A stretch of 63,755 bases of DNA, counting the filler, from Choristocarpus tenellus KU-1152 (lineage: Eukaryota > Protista > Phaeophyceae): assembly GCA_964200185.2 (NCBI GenBank). It is 12 parts of 12 records of this genome, joined end to end, with 100 filler letters (N's around TTAATTAATTAA, not from the genome) between each part and the next. Parts side by side here need not be neighbours in the genome. Positions count along the whole stretch, not along the records: positions 59,877 to 63,755 come from CAXNAD020017412.1; 11 more parts are not named here. One strand, given 5' to 3'. How positions within the stretch are numbered: position 1 is the first letter of the stretch; every line of letters starts with the position of its first letter. A program made the position numbers and the translations under genes. Below, one piece after another: positions 61,662 to 63,755 of the stretch. The notes under the pieces were generated by a model. That model was not told the origin of the DNA. It saw only the letters and a list, made by a program, of their open reading frames with translations, and did no database searches.

Positions 61662-63755
61662 TATAATATTGGCAAGTTTATGAGAGAGGCAGAAGACAAG
61701 AACATTTTAAAAGAGGATGGTGGGCTACAACAATATCAGGGAAGGGGGGAAAGAGAATAAACCTGTCGGTGAGATGCTTGGCATGGTTAATGCCGGACTG
61801 TTTTACTAGTCAATGCTCAAGGATAACAAAATCCATTTTGATATCTTTATTCTACTCCAAAATACTTATGTTTAAAAAAGAAAAGAAAAATACAGACATC
61901 TCGGCACAAGCGTAACCTGACTTGATAGTAGAGAGATGGAGAGAGAGATAAATGATGTGGTATCTCCATGATTAAACCCCTCATTATGATATTAAGATAC
62001 CACTACACAACTGAGCCACTGACCTGCTAGAGACTACTCCCCCCCATCATTTCAGTGGTACGCCAATATTTCAACAAAAACCAAAAGTCACGAACTTGAA
62101 CCCCACCTGACTGTTGCTTTCTCAACCCCAGTGTAACGATAAGGTGAGATTTATCAATGAGATGGGGCTGAATGGGAAAATATGAAGACTGAGACGACTG
62201 GTCTGCGACTACACAGGGACTATGACTTAAAGATTAAGTTGGCCTAACGTTAACCCTAACTCTTGCCTCTTACTTTGCCAAGATATTGAGACTACTGGCT
62301 GCGGCAGTAGATTAGAGGTATCGCAATACCTTGAACACAAACCGTTGTTCCTCTATCCTGAATATTATATATAAATATTTATTTATTTATACTGAAGTAG
62401 GTGCACAACTGGGTCAATATACAATGGAGGGGGAGGGGGAGGGAAAGGAGGGGGTCCAACAATTTAACACACTCATGAAACATACATTCAATTCAAAAAT
62501 AAGGACCTAAATGAAACATGAAGAGTTGAGAGACTTGAGTCAAGCGTCAGAGAGCGTATAGAATAAAAAAAATGTAAGAGGAAGCCCACCTTAGCCCCAA
62601 GCGGTCCAGTATGATCTGCTGGTGTATCTCAAACTCTTGGCGAGGATTTCATCACATAAGGAGGCATCCATCAATTGAAAATACAAACGGTGCAAAAAGC
62701 ACAAAAAGGAGGATTACGAGGGGGAGGGGTGGGAGAGGGAATGGGAGAGGGAAAGGGAGGATGAGACTGGACAACAGAACCAAAGATATTCCTTAAGAGT
62801 ATAGGTTACACAAGTGTTAGTAGTTGGTCAGGGAGGGAGAGGTGTCTCATTGGGGCATAGGCATGCCATTTACTGTTTCTGTTCAGGAGGGGGTATTGGA
62901 GGTGGGGAGGGTGGGTATGTATATCAGGGAAGCTTGAAATGTCAAACTACTGAATGGAAAATAACACTGATAATGATAATAATATGAAGTACTTTGAAGG
63001 AAAGAGTAGTAAATTTCGCAATTCTTCCCCCCTCCTAACTGTCCCACTACAAAAGTAATACTAGTAAAAACAAGTCAAAAAAGAGGACCATCAATCATCA
63101 GTTATTCCATCTTTGCAAGTAACCACTTAAGTGTCACATCACAGCAGCATGCTTCGTGCACACTCACACAAAAAACACACAAAAAAAGTACAACAGCAGT
63201 ATCGATCAAACAAACACAAGCACAACATTAGCTGTCACATGACGCAAAGCTATTGATACCTCCAACTGGTATTAGCCCAGAACCTGAAAATGGATGCACA
63301 CAACATCCCTGATCAATTTCTAATTGTACGTGTTCACCCATCCAGTTGCACAATTCAATTCTAAAAAAAGAAGATAACAATAATACACACACACGAACAC
63401 ACATCATATTACAGCATAATCGGGTGCCAGACATGATTACATTTTTTTTTTCCTGGTTTGCGGGAGATACGCAAGAGTGTCCAAAACCATCAAAAAGACA
63501 GGCGTACCTTTTGTGAGTGTCATCAGAACAAAACCAACACGATAAAAGTTGCAGGACATATGGACGCCAATGCCATGCACTCCAGATGAATACAACAGAT
63601 AACCCTTCAGACATTTTTTCCCCACTTTTTCATATTAACGTCAGTCTACAGGAGACAATCATGTCATACACAAAAAAAGCAAACAGCGTATCTACAGGTA
63701 GAGATCCAGTCAGAACCCAGCAATTGGCAAGGGGGGGGGGGGGGGGGGGGGGGGG

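Noticed and set aside
61349-61666. Poly-Pro/poly-Gly ORFs and local duplication
   Set aside because: Poly-G tracts around an N gap with an error-laden duplicate; probable assembly artefact.

Overview
Eukaryotic, intron-rich and repeat-rich DNA. It is most likely a stramenopile such as a brown alga or close relative; this is inferred from TTAGGG repeats, GT-AG introns and a YADDAGIVS-type RTE LINE. The window is not contiguous: 12 contigs are joined by eleven artificial 100-bp linkers (N44-TTAATTAATTAA-N44), so adjacency across linkers means nothing. Partial host genes: a DNA2/NAM7(UPF1)-like SF1 helicase (4 exons), a signal-peptide-bearing mitochondrial-carrier-family protein, an M16 peptidase (MPP-alpha/bc1 core 2), a probable complex I ESSS/NDUFB11 last exon, a possible MAP3K-like kinase, a possible glutamate-receptor-like M4 exon, a small 2-exon gene and a 769-codon single-pass membrane ORF. 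Decayed TEs: a mariner DD(x)D transposase, a Gypsy RT and an RTE LINE RT. The most striking structure is about 26 copies of three related 170-260 bp MITE families (A, B, C). They share a G-N4-AAAGTA terminus, A and B share a subterminal GTCCATTTGG motif, they leave 3-4 bp TSDs, they are reciprocally nested (including a triple nest), and family A shows a CpG-decay signature.
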